Positions 17,612 to 26,730 of a stretch of 54,849 nt of DNA are shown here, one piece after another. This DNA comes from Anaerolineales bacterium (GTDB lineage: Bacteria; Chloroflexota; Anaerolineae; Anaerolineales; UBA11858). How positions within the stretch are numbered: position 1 is the first letter of the stretch; the number at the start of each line of letters is the position of its first letter. A program made the translations under genes and the position numbers. The stretch covers positions 1 through 54,849 of the forward strand of contig JADHXE010000003.1 in assembly GCA_016783125.1 (NCBI GenBank), given 5' to 3'. Under the pieces are notes generated by a model. It searched no databases, was not told the origin of the DNA, and saw nothing but the letters and a program-made list of their open reading frames with translations.

Positions 17612-18315
17612 AGCGCGCCTCCTGCTACGGGGTTTAATTCAATCACAACCAACTGGGGACTGACGGGGGAAATCCATTGCGTCTGGCCGTCATGGATCTG
17701 CAACTGAATCAGATAATCGTCCTGTACCCCCCTCAGATAAACCACTGCGCCGCGCCCTTCGGGGAGCGTTGTGGTTGTCATCCATTCGGTCAACTCACCA
17801 AGCGATGCTTTCATGTAGCGATACTGGCATTGGATCTGTCCATTGGCATGGCCGGGATGCTGGGCCAAGGTCTCCGGCATGATATTGACTTTGATGATCC
17901 GCCCTGACTGCGCTTTCCAAATCCCCACTGTTTCAGAGAGTGCTAAAAAGGCGCTCATGGGGTTCGCCCGGTCAAAAGGGATATGCTCGTGATTCCCAAA
18001 AGCCCCGCCGGTTTGCACATCAGTTTCGATCAAAGCAATAGCCTTTTTATTGGCCCCGCGGGCGAAATTGAGCTCATCACGCACCCAATCGTGGGTCGTC
18101 CAGTCCCCCGACGCCAATAACTCCCGCCTGGTGAGCAAAGCAATCAGCGCGCCAGATTGGTTGATCTTGCTCCTGATTTCATCCGTAAGCTGCCCCCCGC
18201 CCAGCCTTCTGCCCGTCACCACATTGATATTGTGACTGACGAGCAGTTTTTCCAGCTGGGAAACCAACTCCCGGTCAGAATCCCGAAAAGAAAACGAAAG
18301 AAAGATATTTTCCAT
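17608..18315 (-). CDS. TIR-domain protein with a C-terminal beta-rich unknown domain
   Basis: IFLSFSFRD.D, I..S.ALIALLT and WVRDEL..A (putative catalytic Glu); GGAGG RBS; ATGA overlap with the pYEATS gene. Confidence 0.75.
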   Translation of the reverse strand: MENIFLSFSFRDSDRELVSQLEKLLVSHNINVVTGRRLGGGQLTDEIRSKINQSGALIALLTRRELLASGDWTTHDWVRDELNFARGANKKAIALIETDVQTGGAFGNHEHIPFDRANPMSAFLALSETVGIWKAQSGRIIKVNIMPETLAQHPGHANGQIQCQYRYMKASLGELTEWMTTTTLPEGRGAVVYLRGVQDDYLIQLQIHDGQTQWISPVSPQLVVIELNPVAGGAL

Positions 18316-18330
18316 ACGCTCCTCCGAAAA

Positions 18331-18395
18331 CGGTTACAAGTTGAAGGTTGAAGATTCAACGTTTAACGTTCAACTTGCCAACGTGCAACATTTTT
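18331..18395. repeat. Heptamer-based hairpin repeat, copy 2 (right flank of the TIR cassette)
   Basis: cggttacaagttgaaggttgaag...ttcaacttgccaacgtgcaac; first 12 bp identical to 16729-16740. Confidence 0.75.
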
Positions 18396-19722
18396 ACGGC
18401 CCAGCGACTGCCACCGCCAGCTTATCAGGATGCAGGTATTTACTGGCCGCGGCCAGCACCCCCTCAGGAGTCACCGCCTCGACCCGCTCTGCGTAACGCA
18501 GGTAGTAATCTAATCCCAGGTCATAGCGCTCCAAATTGAGCAGCGCACCGGACACCCCGCCATTGGACTCCAACGCCAGAGGCAGCCGCCCGATGAAATT
18601 GGCCTTGCTGTCGTTCAACTCATCCTCATCCACCGGCTCAGTCACAAAGCGCTTGATCTCAGCCCGGATCAACTCGATAGCCTTCTCGACATTCTCCGGG
18701 TTGACGCCCGCGCTCACCGACCAGGGTCCCGGCCCCATACCCGCACTCATCCGGCTGAACGCATAATAAGCCAGCCCAGCTTTCTCTCGCACAGCTTCAC
18801 CGATGCGCCCCATCATACCAAATTGTCCGAAAATGCTGTTCCCCAAGGCGGCATCGAAAAATTCTTCCGCACTGCGTGAAGGACCCGCCACACCCAAGAT
18901 GATGTCCGCTTGAGTCTTGCCTGGGATATCCACCCGTTGAGTTACCAGTTCCTCGAGCGGGGTGACGGACGGGAGTTGAGGCGGGTGCGGTTGATTGGGG
19001 TTTGTCCAATCTCCCAGGGCTGAGCGCACCTTTTCGACGGCATCTTCCGGGGCCACCGCACCGACCACGGCAACCACCATACCGCGCGGCCCATAGTGCT
19101 TCTGGTGGAAATCAACCAGGTCCTGGCGAGTGATGGCCTGGATCATCTCGGGGTAGCCATCCTCCGGGCGGCTGTAAGGGTGATCTTTGTAGACAATCTG
19201 ATCAAAGGTCAAATCGGCCATATCGCGCGTATCCTGAGCGCGCAGCGTCAGCCCGGTCAGCAGCTGGGCCCGCAGGCGCTCGATCTGAGTCTCAGGAAAG
19301 ACCGGCTGGCGCAATCCTTCAGAGAGTAATTCCAGCAGCAAGGGCAAATCCTCGGCCAACGATTTGCTCCCAAAGCCGGTTGTATGGGTAGCACCATTGA
19401 AACCCAGGCTGGCTCCCACAGACTCTAAGGCCTGGTAAATCCCCTGGAAGTCTCGTTTCTCGGTGCCGCGCATCAGCGCCGCAGAGACGAAATCCGCTAA
19501 GCCCAACTTCTCATCAGAATCGAACAACCCTCCCACAGTGACATAACCGCTCACTGTGATCGAGGGACTGTTGAAATTGGATCGAGCCAGCACGGTGATG
19601 CCGTTAGGGAGATCAACGCGGGTGATGTCGTCCGGGCCAGGTAGTGATGATTGGGTATTGGGTATTGGGTATTGGGTATTGAATATCGAATATCCAATAT
19701 CTAATCTCTTTGCGCGTTTCAT
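18394..19722 (-). CDS. M16 family peptidase, non-catalytic subunit
   Basis: LPNGITVL, GLA.F....LMRGT without HXXEH, R....VREK.GLAYY; N-terminus encoded by a GGGTATT repeat. Confidence 0.9.
   Translation of the reverse strand: MKRAKRLDIGYSIFNTQYPIPNTQSSLPGPDDITRVDLPNGITVLARSNFNSPSITVSGYVTVGGLFDSDEKLGLADFVSAALMRGTEKRDFQGIYQALESVGASLGFNGATHTTGFGSKSLAEDLPLLLELLSEGLRQPVFPETQIERLRAQLLTGLTLRAQDTRDMADLTFDQIVYKDHPYSRPEDGYPEMIQAITRQDLVDFHQKHYGPRGMVVAVVGAVAPEDAVEKVRSALGDWTNPNQPHPPQLPSVTPLEELVTQRVDIPGKTQADIILGVAGPSRSAEEFFDAALGNSIFGQFGMMGRIGEAVREKAGLAYYAFSRMSAGMGPGPWSVSAGVNPENVEKAIELIRAEIKRFVTEPVDEDELNDSKANFIGRLPLALESNGGVSGALLNLERYDLGLDYYLRYAERVEAVTPEGVLAAASKYLHPDKLAVAVAGP
19649..19705. repeat. (GGGTATT)n repeat inside the 5' end of the M16 gene
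   Basis: gggtatt x4 then gaatatcgaatatccaatatct; translates as LDIGYSIFNTQYPIPNTQ. Confidence 0.85.
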
Positions 19723-21014
19723 TTCGCCACCTCCCCGTTATTCCCTGTCGGCAAATATGTCCCCAAAACCCGATTGCGAGGTACCAAATACGTCTGCGCG
19801 ATGCGCTGGACATCATCGGTGGTGACAGCCGCCAGCCGATCCAAATAGCTGGTAAACCAATCGTAAGAATCGAACATCTCTGTGAAGCCCATCCAGAAGG
19901 CCTGGTTGGTGATGCTCTCGCTGCCATAGGCGAACAGCGCCCGCGCCTGCTTGACTGCCCGCTCAACGGCTTCACCCGTCGGCGGGGTCTCCTGCACACG
20001 CTGGATTTCTTCATCCAAGGCGGTGATGACTTCCTCGGCCTTACGATCAGGATGCACTGTCGCAGTGATGCTGTAGACATAGGGATCAATGGTCACAGGC
20101 AAGCCGCCTTGCACGCCCACGGCCAGGTCACCTTCCACCAGCTTGAGATATAACTGCGAGGTTTTATTGGATATCCCGCCCCCGAACATATTCAAGCCTG
20201 TGGGGCCAGTCAGCAAGCTATCCAGGACAATAAAGGGGAAAAAGTCAGGGTCAGAGGCTACTGGGGAGTGATAGTAGGCGCTAACATAGGTCGTATCGTC
20301 AGAACCCTCCACCGTCAGGCGGTGTTCGCCGCGCTGCGGGGGTTCGGGACGTACCTGGCGTATGGGTTCATCCCCAGCCTGCAAAGGCCCATACAATTCC
20401 TCGATGCGCTCCCGCATCTCTTGAGCCTCGAAATCTCCAGCGATGACCATCACGGCGTTGTTAGGACGGTAGTAACTGCGATAGTGGTTATACAAATCAT
20501 CGCGTTGGATGGTTTGAAGGTCGGCCATATCGCCGAGGATCTCATGATGGTAGGGGTGCACCCGGAAGGCCGTCGCCCGCATCACCTCGCCAAGCTGGAA
20601 CATGGGCTGGTTCTCGCTGCCCTGCCGTTCGGAGATGATCACCGTGCGTTCGGATTCCACTTCCTCGGCGTCGAAGATGCTGTTGACCATACGCTCCGCT
20701 TCCAGGCGCAAGGCCAGGTCGATCTTGTCGGCGGGCATAGTCTCGAAATAGGTCGTCCAATCCAGGTAAGTGAAGGCATTCCAGATGCCGCCTTCCCTGG
20801 AGATTGCCTTGTCGAGAACGCCAGCAGGAAACTGGGGTGTGCCTTTGAACTGCATATGCTCCACCCAATGGGAAATGCCCGTTTTCCCAGGGATTTCGTC
20901 GCGCGACCCGACCCGATACCAAACCCAACTGCTGATGATCGGCGCGGTGTGAATCTCCTTGAGCATCACTTTCATGCCGTTGGAGAGTTGAAATTTAGTA
21001 ACCGGAAGGTTCAT
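19719..21014 (-). CDS. M16 family zinc peptidase, catalytic subunit
   Basis: WYRVGSRDE..G.TGISHWVEHMQFKGT (HXXEH), NAFT..D.T.Y, ER.VI..ER. Confidence 0.93.
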   Translation of the reverse strand: MNLPVTKFQLSNGMKVMLKEIHTAPIISSWVWYRVGSRDEIPGKTGISHWVEHMQFKGTPQFPAGVLDKAISREGGIWNAFTYLDWTTYFETMPADKIDLALRLEAERMVNSIFDAEEVESERTVIISERQGSENQPMFQLGEVMRATAFRVHPYHHEILGDMADLQTIQRDDLYNHYRSYYRPNNAVMVIAGDFEAQEMRERIEELYGPLQAGDEPIRQVRPEPPQRGEHRLTVEGSDDTTYVSAYYHSPVASDPDFFPFIVLDSLLTGPTGLNMFGGGISNKTSQLYLKLVEGDLAVGVQGGLPVTIDPYVYSITATVHPDRKAEEVITALDEEIQRVQETPPTGEAVERAVKQARALFAYGSESITNQAFWMGFTEMFDSYDWFTSYLDRLAAVTTDDVQRIAQTYLVPRNRVLGTYLPTGNNGEVAK

Positions 21015-21046
21015 AAAAAAGAATATCTCATTAGATAGAATTCATT

Positions 21047-21166
21047 AGGGTGTGTTTCATTTCGGATGAATGCCTCGCTGCATATTTCGTATAGCGTATT
21101 GCGTATTTAAAAACATTACGGAATACGTAATACTGACACCTTTCTCAACTCATTTGAAACACACCC
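21047..21166. mobile_element. MITE-like element with terminal inverted repeats and an internal heptamer hairpin
   Basis: gggtgtgtttca ... tgaaacacaccc; inner cgtattgcgtatt/aatacgtaata; a similar end occurs near 36504. Confidence 0.55.
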
Positions 21167-21197
21167 ATTTCACTACAATCAGCTTAGGAGACAGTTT

Positions 21198-21884
21198 TCA
21201 CTCAGAGAACAAGAACCACTCACAAAGGATTTTCAGCGGGCCTTGACAAATTTCTGTGTTCTCCCAAGAATCATCCATGCTCATTAGCAAACTGTCATAT
21301 GGCGAGACCACATTAATCAAACCATCAAAAGGAGCACCCAAACCAGTATTGCTGAGAGGGATATGGATTGGCACCTCAAGATGTACCGGCACTGTTTCAT
21401 CAACCGGGACAGAGATATTCAAGGCGATTGGCAAACTTGTCCCGGCGGGTAAAACAATATCGGCTGGGGCGTTTATTCTTAGCACCCCGGTCGTTATCGT
21501 CACATGAGCCCCATTTATGTGAGTGGGTTCGGTCAGTATAACCCGCGTATTGGTGGATACCGGTAACTTAAACTGGACTGGAATTGTATCATTAACAATG
21601 ATGGTCTCATTGATCACTGCCTCGTTCATGAGTTTGAAATTCTCATGCAGTCCCTCGACCAGTTGTTTGGAGACGGCATTTTTCAAAGCAAAAAGCTGCT
21701 GCCCAAATGAGATCAACACAACAATCAGGATGATATTTACCACAAAGGAGAGCGTGCTCATCACCGTCCAGAAAGCCGGTATGATCTTGCCTTGCCAGAT
21801 GAAACGACGGTAGATGGCTTTAGCCAACAGCGTAGCTGTAACCCTGGATTTAGTTGGGCAGTAATTCTGGTCAGTCATTGGCAT
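21198..21884 (-). CDS. Hypothetical membrane-anchored protein
   Basis: One N-terminal TM segment followed by a Val/Ile/Pro beta-rich domain; GGAG RBS. Confidence 0.7.
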   Translation of the reverse strand: MPMTDQNYCPTKSRVTATLLAKAIYRRFIWQGKIIPAFWTVMSTLSFVVNIILIVVLISFGQQLFALKNAVSKQLVEGLHENFKLMNEAVINETIIVNDTIPVQFKLPVSTNTRVILTEPTHINGAHVTITTGVLRINAPADIVLPAGTSLPIALNISVPVDETVPVHLEVPIHIPLSNTGLGAPFDGLINVVSPYDSLLMSMDDSWENTEICQGPLKILCEWFLFSE

Positions 21885-22094
21885 CTCTCCTGACAGCGCC
21901 TTATCATTTGATGATGATGTTTAGAATATAGCATAATGCCAGTGAGCAGTAAACAGTTTGAATTACAGTACCCAGTACCCAGCGATCAGTGCTCAGTGGA
22001 AAGCTGCTCTGCAAAAAAGTAAGACTTTCCAATGAAGCCCCGACGAAGGGTGGGGATGTATAATACACTTAACGGAACTGGAGGAACGAACAGT

Positions 22095-23426
22095 ATGGAA
22101 AAAGAGAATTATTTCGTGGCCGTTATCGGCGCTGGCCCGGCTGGATTATACACGGCAAAAAAACTGGCCCAGGCGGGGGCCAAGGTGGTCATTTTCAACC
22201 GCGATATCAAACCAGGCGGCCTGGCTGAGTACGGCATCTATCACACCAAATATCGCATGAAGGCCGGTTTGCGCAAACAATTTCAGAAGATACTCGCCGA
22301 GGAAAATATCACTTATTATGGCAATGTCAGAGTGGGTGATGAAGGCGATCTATGCCTCGATGATGTACGCCAGCTTGGGTTTCAGGCCATCGTCGTGACA
22401 GTTGGCGCCCAGGGGACTAAATGGCTTGGGCTGCCCGGGGAAGATCTCAAGGGGGTCTTCCATGCCAAAGATCTGGTTTATCACTATAACAAGCTGCCCC
22501 CCTTCAGCCAGCGCGAATTCGCCATCGGAAAACGCGTCGCTTTGATCGGCGTGGGCAACGTGATGATCGATATCGCCCATTGGATGATTCGTGATAAAAG
22601 GGTCGATGAAGTCATCGCGGTAGCACGGCGAGGCCCAGCCGAGGTCAAATTCGACAGAAAAGAGCTGGAAAACGTAGCCCACAACCTCGACCTGGAAGCC
22701 CTGGATGCTGAGATCGAGCGCGTCGCCGACCGCATGAGCGCTGTGGATCAAAGTCCTCAGGACGCTAAAGAGTTCATTCTGTCAGCGCTGCCCAAAGCCA
22801 AAGAACCGGTTTCTGAAACTCGTTTTCGCTTCGAGTTTCTCTCCTCTCCCAAACAGATGTTAGGCGATGAGAATGGTAACCTTATGGGGCTAGAAATCGA
22901 TGATACTGAGCTGCTGCCGAGGAACGGCGACACCAAAGCCCAACGATTGGGCAGCACCCGCGTGCTGGATGTCGATACGGTGGTGTTCTGCATCGGCGAC
23001 AAGGTCGATGAATCATTTGGATTGCCGATCCAGTGGAATGCTTTCGTCAAGCATCCATCGCCGCGCTACCCGGTCAACGATCTCTCCTATGAGGTATTCG
23101 ATCCAAAGACGGAAAAACCTATCGATGGCGTTTTCGTAGCAGGGTGGTCGCGCGAAGCCAGCAGCGGCCTGGTTGGATATGCCCGCAAAGATGGCGAAAT
23201 TGGCGCTGAGGCTGTGCTGCAATATCTTGATACTTTGCCTGCTCCCGAAGATGCCAAAAGCTATCTCCAAGCTGTGGCTGAGATGATGGCCGGACTGCCT
23301 CACCCTGTTGTCGATAAGTCCGGTATTACACGACTGATCGAGATCGAAGGAGCACAAGCAGAAGCCCAAGGCCTGGAAGATTTTAAATTCGATACCAATC
23401 AGGAAATGCTCGCAGCGCTGGGGTAA
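22095..23426 (+). CDS. FAD-dependent oxidoreductase, ferredoxin-NADP+/adrenodoxin-reductase-like
   Basis: VIGAGPAG, PGGLAEYGI, IGVGNVMIDIA, ARRGP, GW.R...G; TATAAT and GGAGG upstream of the ATG at 22095. Confidence 0.88.
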   Translation: MEKENYFVAVIGAGPAGLYTAKKLAQAGAKVVIFNRDIKPGGLAEYGIYHTKYRMKAGLRKQFQKILAEENITYYGNVRVGDEGDLCLDDVRQLGFQAIVVTVGAQGTKWLGLPGEDLKGVFHAKDLVYHYNKLPPFSQREFAIGKRVALIGVGNVMIDIAHWMIRDKRVDEVIAVARRGPAEVKFDRKELENVAHNLDLEALDAEIERVADRMSAVDQSPQDAKEFILSALPKAKEPVSETRFRFEFLSSPKQMLGDENGNLMGLEIDDTELLPRNGDTKAQRLGSTRVLDVDTVVFCIGDKVDESFGLPIQWNAFVKHPSPRYPVNDLSYEVFDPKTEKPIDGVFVAGWSREASSGLVGYARKDGEIGAEAVLQYLDTLPAPEDAKSYLQAVAEMMAGLPHPVVDKSGITRLIEIEGAQAEAQGLEDFKFDTNQEMLAALG

Positions 23427-23440
23427 TCCCCTCGAATTTT

Positions 23441-23496
23441 CCAACAAAAAATAGGGTGGGGGGGGGCAGCGTCCCTACGCACACCCTATTTTTTGG
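23441..23496. repeat. Long palindrome between convergent genes (MITE core family or bidirectional terminator)
   Basis: aaaaatagggtg...caccctattttt. Confidence 0.7.
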
Positions 23497-23506
23497 CTAA
23501 TCTTAT

Positions 23507-23946
23507 CTAACTGGCTTTCTTTGGCAGAGTCACCAACAGGAAACCAATCGCGATGACTACTTCCCCAAGAATGACTCCGGCGGCTTGTAGGGGGCCAAAA
23601 TAGGGGATCCTGGGGAAAGGCTGGGTGCCGAACCCTAAGATATCTGCCATGCCCGAGATAAAGGCAATCACATAACCGGTGCTGACCAGGCGCAGGCCAA
23701 TATCAGCGGCGAGAGATCGTTCACCCCCAACCCATTGCAATGAAAAACTTATATACCCCCCCACACAAATAACTGCCAAACCAACCAGAAAGACAGCGAT
23801 CTGCACAAAACCCACCACAGGGCTGCGATCTAAGCGGAACAGACCAGGTTCAAGTCCCAATAAAAAAAGCAGGAGGCCAAAGATCACAATCCCCAAGCCA
23901 ACCCGAACCCGTCGAGGCCCATTTGGAGGTCTTTTCTCATCCAATT
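23507..23946 (-). CDS. Hypothetical 4-TM membrane protein (start uncertain)
   Basis: Four hydrophobic segments; the longer ORF start at 23980 falls inside a MITE. Confidence 0.7.
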
Positions 23947-23965
23947 TGATTATCCTTTCGGTAGG

Positions 23966-24083
23966 CAACCACTCAAACAAACAGAAGAAGAGCCGAAAAA
24001 ATGGGAGTGCGTGGGAGGGTGATCCCCACGCACTCCCATTTTTTCGGAATCTCTCTCCACGTAGGCTTTAACCTGAGTTGTTG
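23966..24083. mobile_element. MITE copy C
   Basis: Ends caaccactcaa / ctgagttgttg; core ccgaaaaaatgggagtgcgtggg...cccacgcactcccattttttcgg; overlaps the dipeptidase stop codon. Confidence 0.65.
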
Positions 24084-25159
24084 CTCGGCAAACTGTTTTC
24101 GAGATAGGTAATCCAGTTATGCCCGAGAACGGCAGATACATCCTCTTCAGTATAACCCTTTTTTAGTAACAGGGGAGCAAGTTTGCCTAAATCGGCAACG
24201 GTGTCGATTTCCGCGGGAGTTCGCTGGAGGCCAAAGCCGCCGTCGAAATCGCTGCCCAGGCCCACATGACGGGCATCCCCGGCCTTTTGGCAGATATAAT
24301 CGATTTGCGCGACCACGTAATCAAGAGTCACCAAGTGACGTCCATCGCGCTCTTGCCATCCGGGCAACAAGAAGCTGTTGAAGGGCACAATCCCGATCAC
24401 AGCCTGGCATTCGATGAGGCCCTGAATGACTCGATCAGATAGAAAGCGGTTGCTATCTAGACCTTCCAGCAAAGCGGCTGCATTGGCATGTGATGCAATA
24501 ATCGGGCCAGGGTACACATCCAATGCCTGCAGCACAGCCTTCTCATCCATGTGGCTGATGTCCAGGCTGAAGCCCACATCTGCCATGCCATCTAACAAAG
24601 CGTAGCCTTCTTTGGTCAGCGGGCCAGGCTCACCAGTGCCGCCACAAAAGCGGGTTCCCGCCCAGGCTGGGCCAATAATACGCACACCGCGTTCCCGCCA
24701 TTCGACTAACTCCGAAGGGGAACCGACCGCCTCAGCGCCTTCCATCAGGATGACAAGGCCGACTGGAGGAGAAGCTGTTTCGCCCTCCCACTCGGCCAGG
24801 TGATCCTGCAGTTCTTTTTGGGTACGCAGCAATCGAAACTTATCTGGATGCTCTTCTACCAGGCGGTGGTAGACATCGATTTGAGCCTGGTAGAGAGTCC
24901 CAGCTTCAGAGTGATCGAGATAGTATTGGACATCCCAGGGACCCAGTTTACGCCGGGCGGGCGCGGCAAAAAGGGTCGAGAAGACGACCGCCACGCGGCC
25001 GCGTTGATAATCCGGCCAGCCCAGCAGGGTATCACCATTGTGGATTGGGGCATCGCCCCCGCGTTCTCGGCGGCGCGTTTCGGCCGCGGAGAGCGTGTAA
25101 TCACGGTCGAAAGTGAGCACATTCCAGGCCAGGTCTTGATGAGCGTCTACGATTAACAT
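24068..25159 (-). CDS. Membrane dipeptidase (M19, amidohydrolase fold)
   Basis: IVDAHQD, LMEGA, DISH, ASHAN, GLGSDFDG, G.NW. Confidence 0.92.
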   Translation of the reverse strand: MLIVDAHQDLAWNVLTFDRDYTLSAAETRRRERGGDAPIHNGDTLLGWPDYQRGRVAVVFSTLFAAPARRKLGPWDVQYYLDHSEAGTLYQAQIDVYHRLVEEHPDKFRLLRTQKELQDHLAEWEGETASPPVGLVILMEGAEAVGSPSELVEWRERGVRIIGPAWAGTRFCGGTGEPGPLTKEGYALLDGMADVGFSLDISHMDEKAVLQALDVYPGPIIASHANAAALLEGLDSNRFLSDRVIQGLIECQAVIGIVPFNSFLLPGWQERDGRHLVTLDYVVAQIDYICQKAGDARHVGLGSDFDGGFGLQRTPAEIDTVADLGKLAPLLLKKGYTEEDVSAVLGHNWITYLENSLPSNNSG

Positions 25160-25168
25160 ATCATATCC

Positions 25169-25296
25169 TAACTGCTCAGGCTAAAGCCTTCGCAGTAAAA
25201 TTTCCGAAAAAAGGGTGTGCGTGGGGGCGAGCGCAGCCGCTTTGCGCCCATGCACGCCCTTTTTTCGGCCTCCTCTAGTTCATATCTGAACAGTTA
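25169..25296. mobile_element. MITE copy A
   Basis: TIRs taactgctcag / ctgaacagtta; core ccgaaaaaagggtgtgcgtggggg...ttttttcgg; supplies the last codons of mutY. Confidence 0.7.
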
Positions 25297-26350
25297 GTAA
25301 ATCGGCTATCTGGCGATCAATCTTGCCCATGGGGTAATCGCTGAGTTCTGAGGGGCGCGCCCAATATATATCGGTGTGATCTAAAAGTTGGGGTTCTCCG
25401 GCGAGAAGCGTGGAGCGGAAAGCGTGGAGTGTGATGCGGAAATGAGTATACGCGTGTTGGAAAATTCCGAGAGGTTCTCCTACTTCGATATCAACGCCTA
25501 ACTCCTCACAGATTTCGCGCTTCAGGCAGGCTTTTAGGGTTTCGCCTGGCTCCGTTTTGCCGCCTGGAAACTCCCACATGCCTCCGAGCAAGCCGCCCTC
25601 TGGTCGTTGTGCGATGAGCACGTGTCCATTGCGGTGGATCACTGCGGCGGTAACGGTGTGGTGCGGAATACCGGCTTTCTTCTTCCGGACTGGGCGCTGC
25701 GCTTGCACCCCAAGCTGGCGGGCCTTGCAAATCTCCGACACCGGGCATAGATCACACTTTGGAGCGCGCGGCGTACATATTGTGGCACCCAATTCCATCA
25801 GGGCCTGGTTGTACTCCTCGGCTTGACCTGGCGGAAGGTGCTCGCGCGCCAGATCCCAGAGACGCCGCTCCCCTTCACTTGACCCCAGCGGTTCGCTGAC
25901 ATCAAAGAGACACGCCAGCACCCGGCGGATATTGCCATCCAGGGCAGCCTCGTTCAATCCAAAAACAATCGAAGCGATTGCAGCAGCCGTGTAAGAGCCA
26001 ATACCCGGTAAGCTTTTCAACGATTGTACATCAGCGGGGAGTTCACCATGATGTTGATCTACAACAATTTGAGCAGCCCGATGTAGATTGCGCACCCGGC
26101 TGTAGTAGCCTAACCCTTCCCAAAGGTTGAGCACATCTTGTTGTGATGCTTCTGCCAGAACTCGAATATCAGGAAAACGCTCCATCCAACGTTCAAAGTA
26201 CGGGATCACGGTTTCAACGCGGGTTTGCTGAAGCATGATCTCCGAGACCCAGATAGCATAAGGGTCAGCAAGTCCGCGCCAGGGCAGGTCACGGGCGTTC
26301 TCAGCATACCAGTTCAATAATTGCTCAATAAATGGAACCATAAATGTCAT
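25280..26350 (-). CDS. mutY: A/G-specific adenine glycosylase with a C-terminal Nudix domain
   Basis: RDLPWR, WVSEIMLQQT, W.GLGYY.R, LPGIG.YTA, DGN, C-x6-C-x2-C-x5-C [4Fe-4S] motif, complete Nudix box. Confidence 0.95.
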   Translation of the reverse strand: MTFMVPFIEQLLNWYAENARDLPWRGLADPYAIWVSEIMLQQTRVETVIPYFERWMERFPDIRVLAEASQQDVLNLWEGLGYYSRVRNLHRAAQIVVDQHHGELPADVQSLKSLPGIGSYTAAAIASIVFGLNEAALDGNIRRVLACLFDVSEPLGSSEGERRLWDLAREHLPPGQAEEYNQALMELGATICTPRAPKCDLCPVSEICKARQLGVQAQRPVRKKKAGIPHHTVTAAVIHRNGHVLIAQRPEGGLLGGMWEFPGGKTEPGETLKACLKREICEELGVDIEVGEPLGIFQHAYTHFRITLHAFRSTLLAGEPQLLDHTDIYWARPSELSDYPMGKIDRQIADLLTVQI

Positions 26351-26354
26351 TCAT

Positions 26355-26402
26355 AAAAAAATAGTATGCCAGGCGGATACACCGCCTGGCATACTATTTT
26401 TT
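26355..26402. terminator. Perfect hairpin with A/T tails, intrinsic terminator-like
   Basis: aaaaaatagtatgccaggcgg-ataca-ccgcctggcatactatttttt. Confidence 0.8.
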
Positions 26403-26411
26403 CTACGCCAC

Positions 26412-26714
26412 CTACATTTGGAATCCAGGCCGCTCCGTGACAGCTTTGAATTCTAAATCTTTGACGTAATCCAGTAAACGTGATGTCAGACCATCCCACT
26501 CCTGAGAGAGGATAATCCGGCGCAACTCGTTGGGGTCTTCTGTTTTCGCCGCGGCCAGGATTTGAGGCTGGTCACCGTAAACCGTAACCCAGGCCTCGGT
26601 GGTTTCTAATCCCAGTTCTTGAATTTCTGGGATGAACTCGCGCACCACAAATTCGAAATACTCTTGTTCGCGCCCGGGCAGGATATTCCATGTCATCAAC
26701 AGCTTTACGGCCAT
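26412..26714 (-). CDS. Hypothetical protein (100 aa)
   Basis: MAVKLLMTWNILPGREQEYFEFVVREFIP...; GGAG RBS; alpha/beta barrel-like pattern. Confidence 0.75.
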   Translation of the reverse strand: MAVKLLMTWNILPGREQEYFEFVVREFIPEIQELGLETTEAWVTVYGDQPQILAAAKTEDPNELRRIILSQEWDGLTSRLLDYVKDLEFKAVTERPGFQM

Positions 26715-26730
26715 AATCTCTCTCCCGAGG

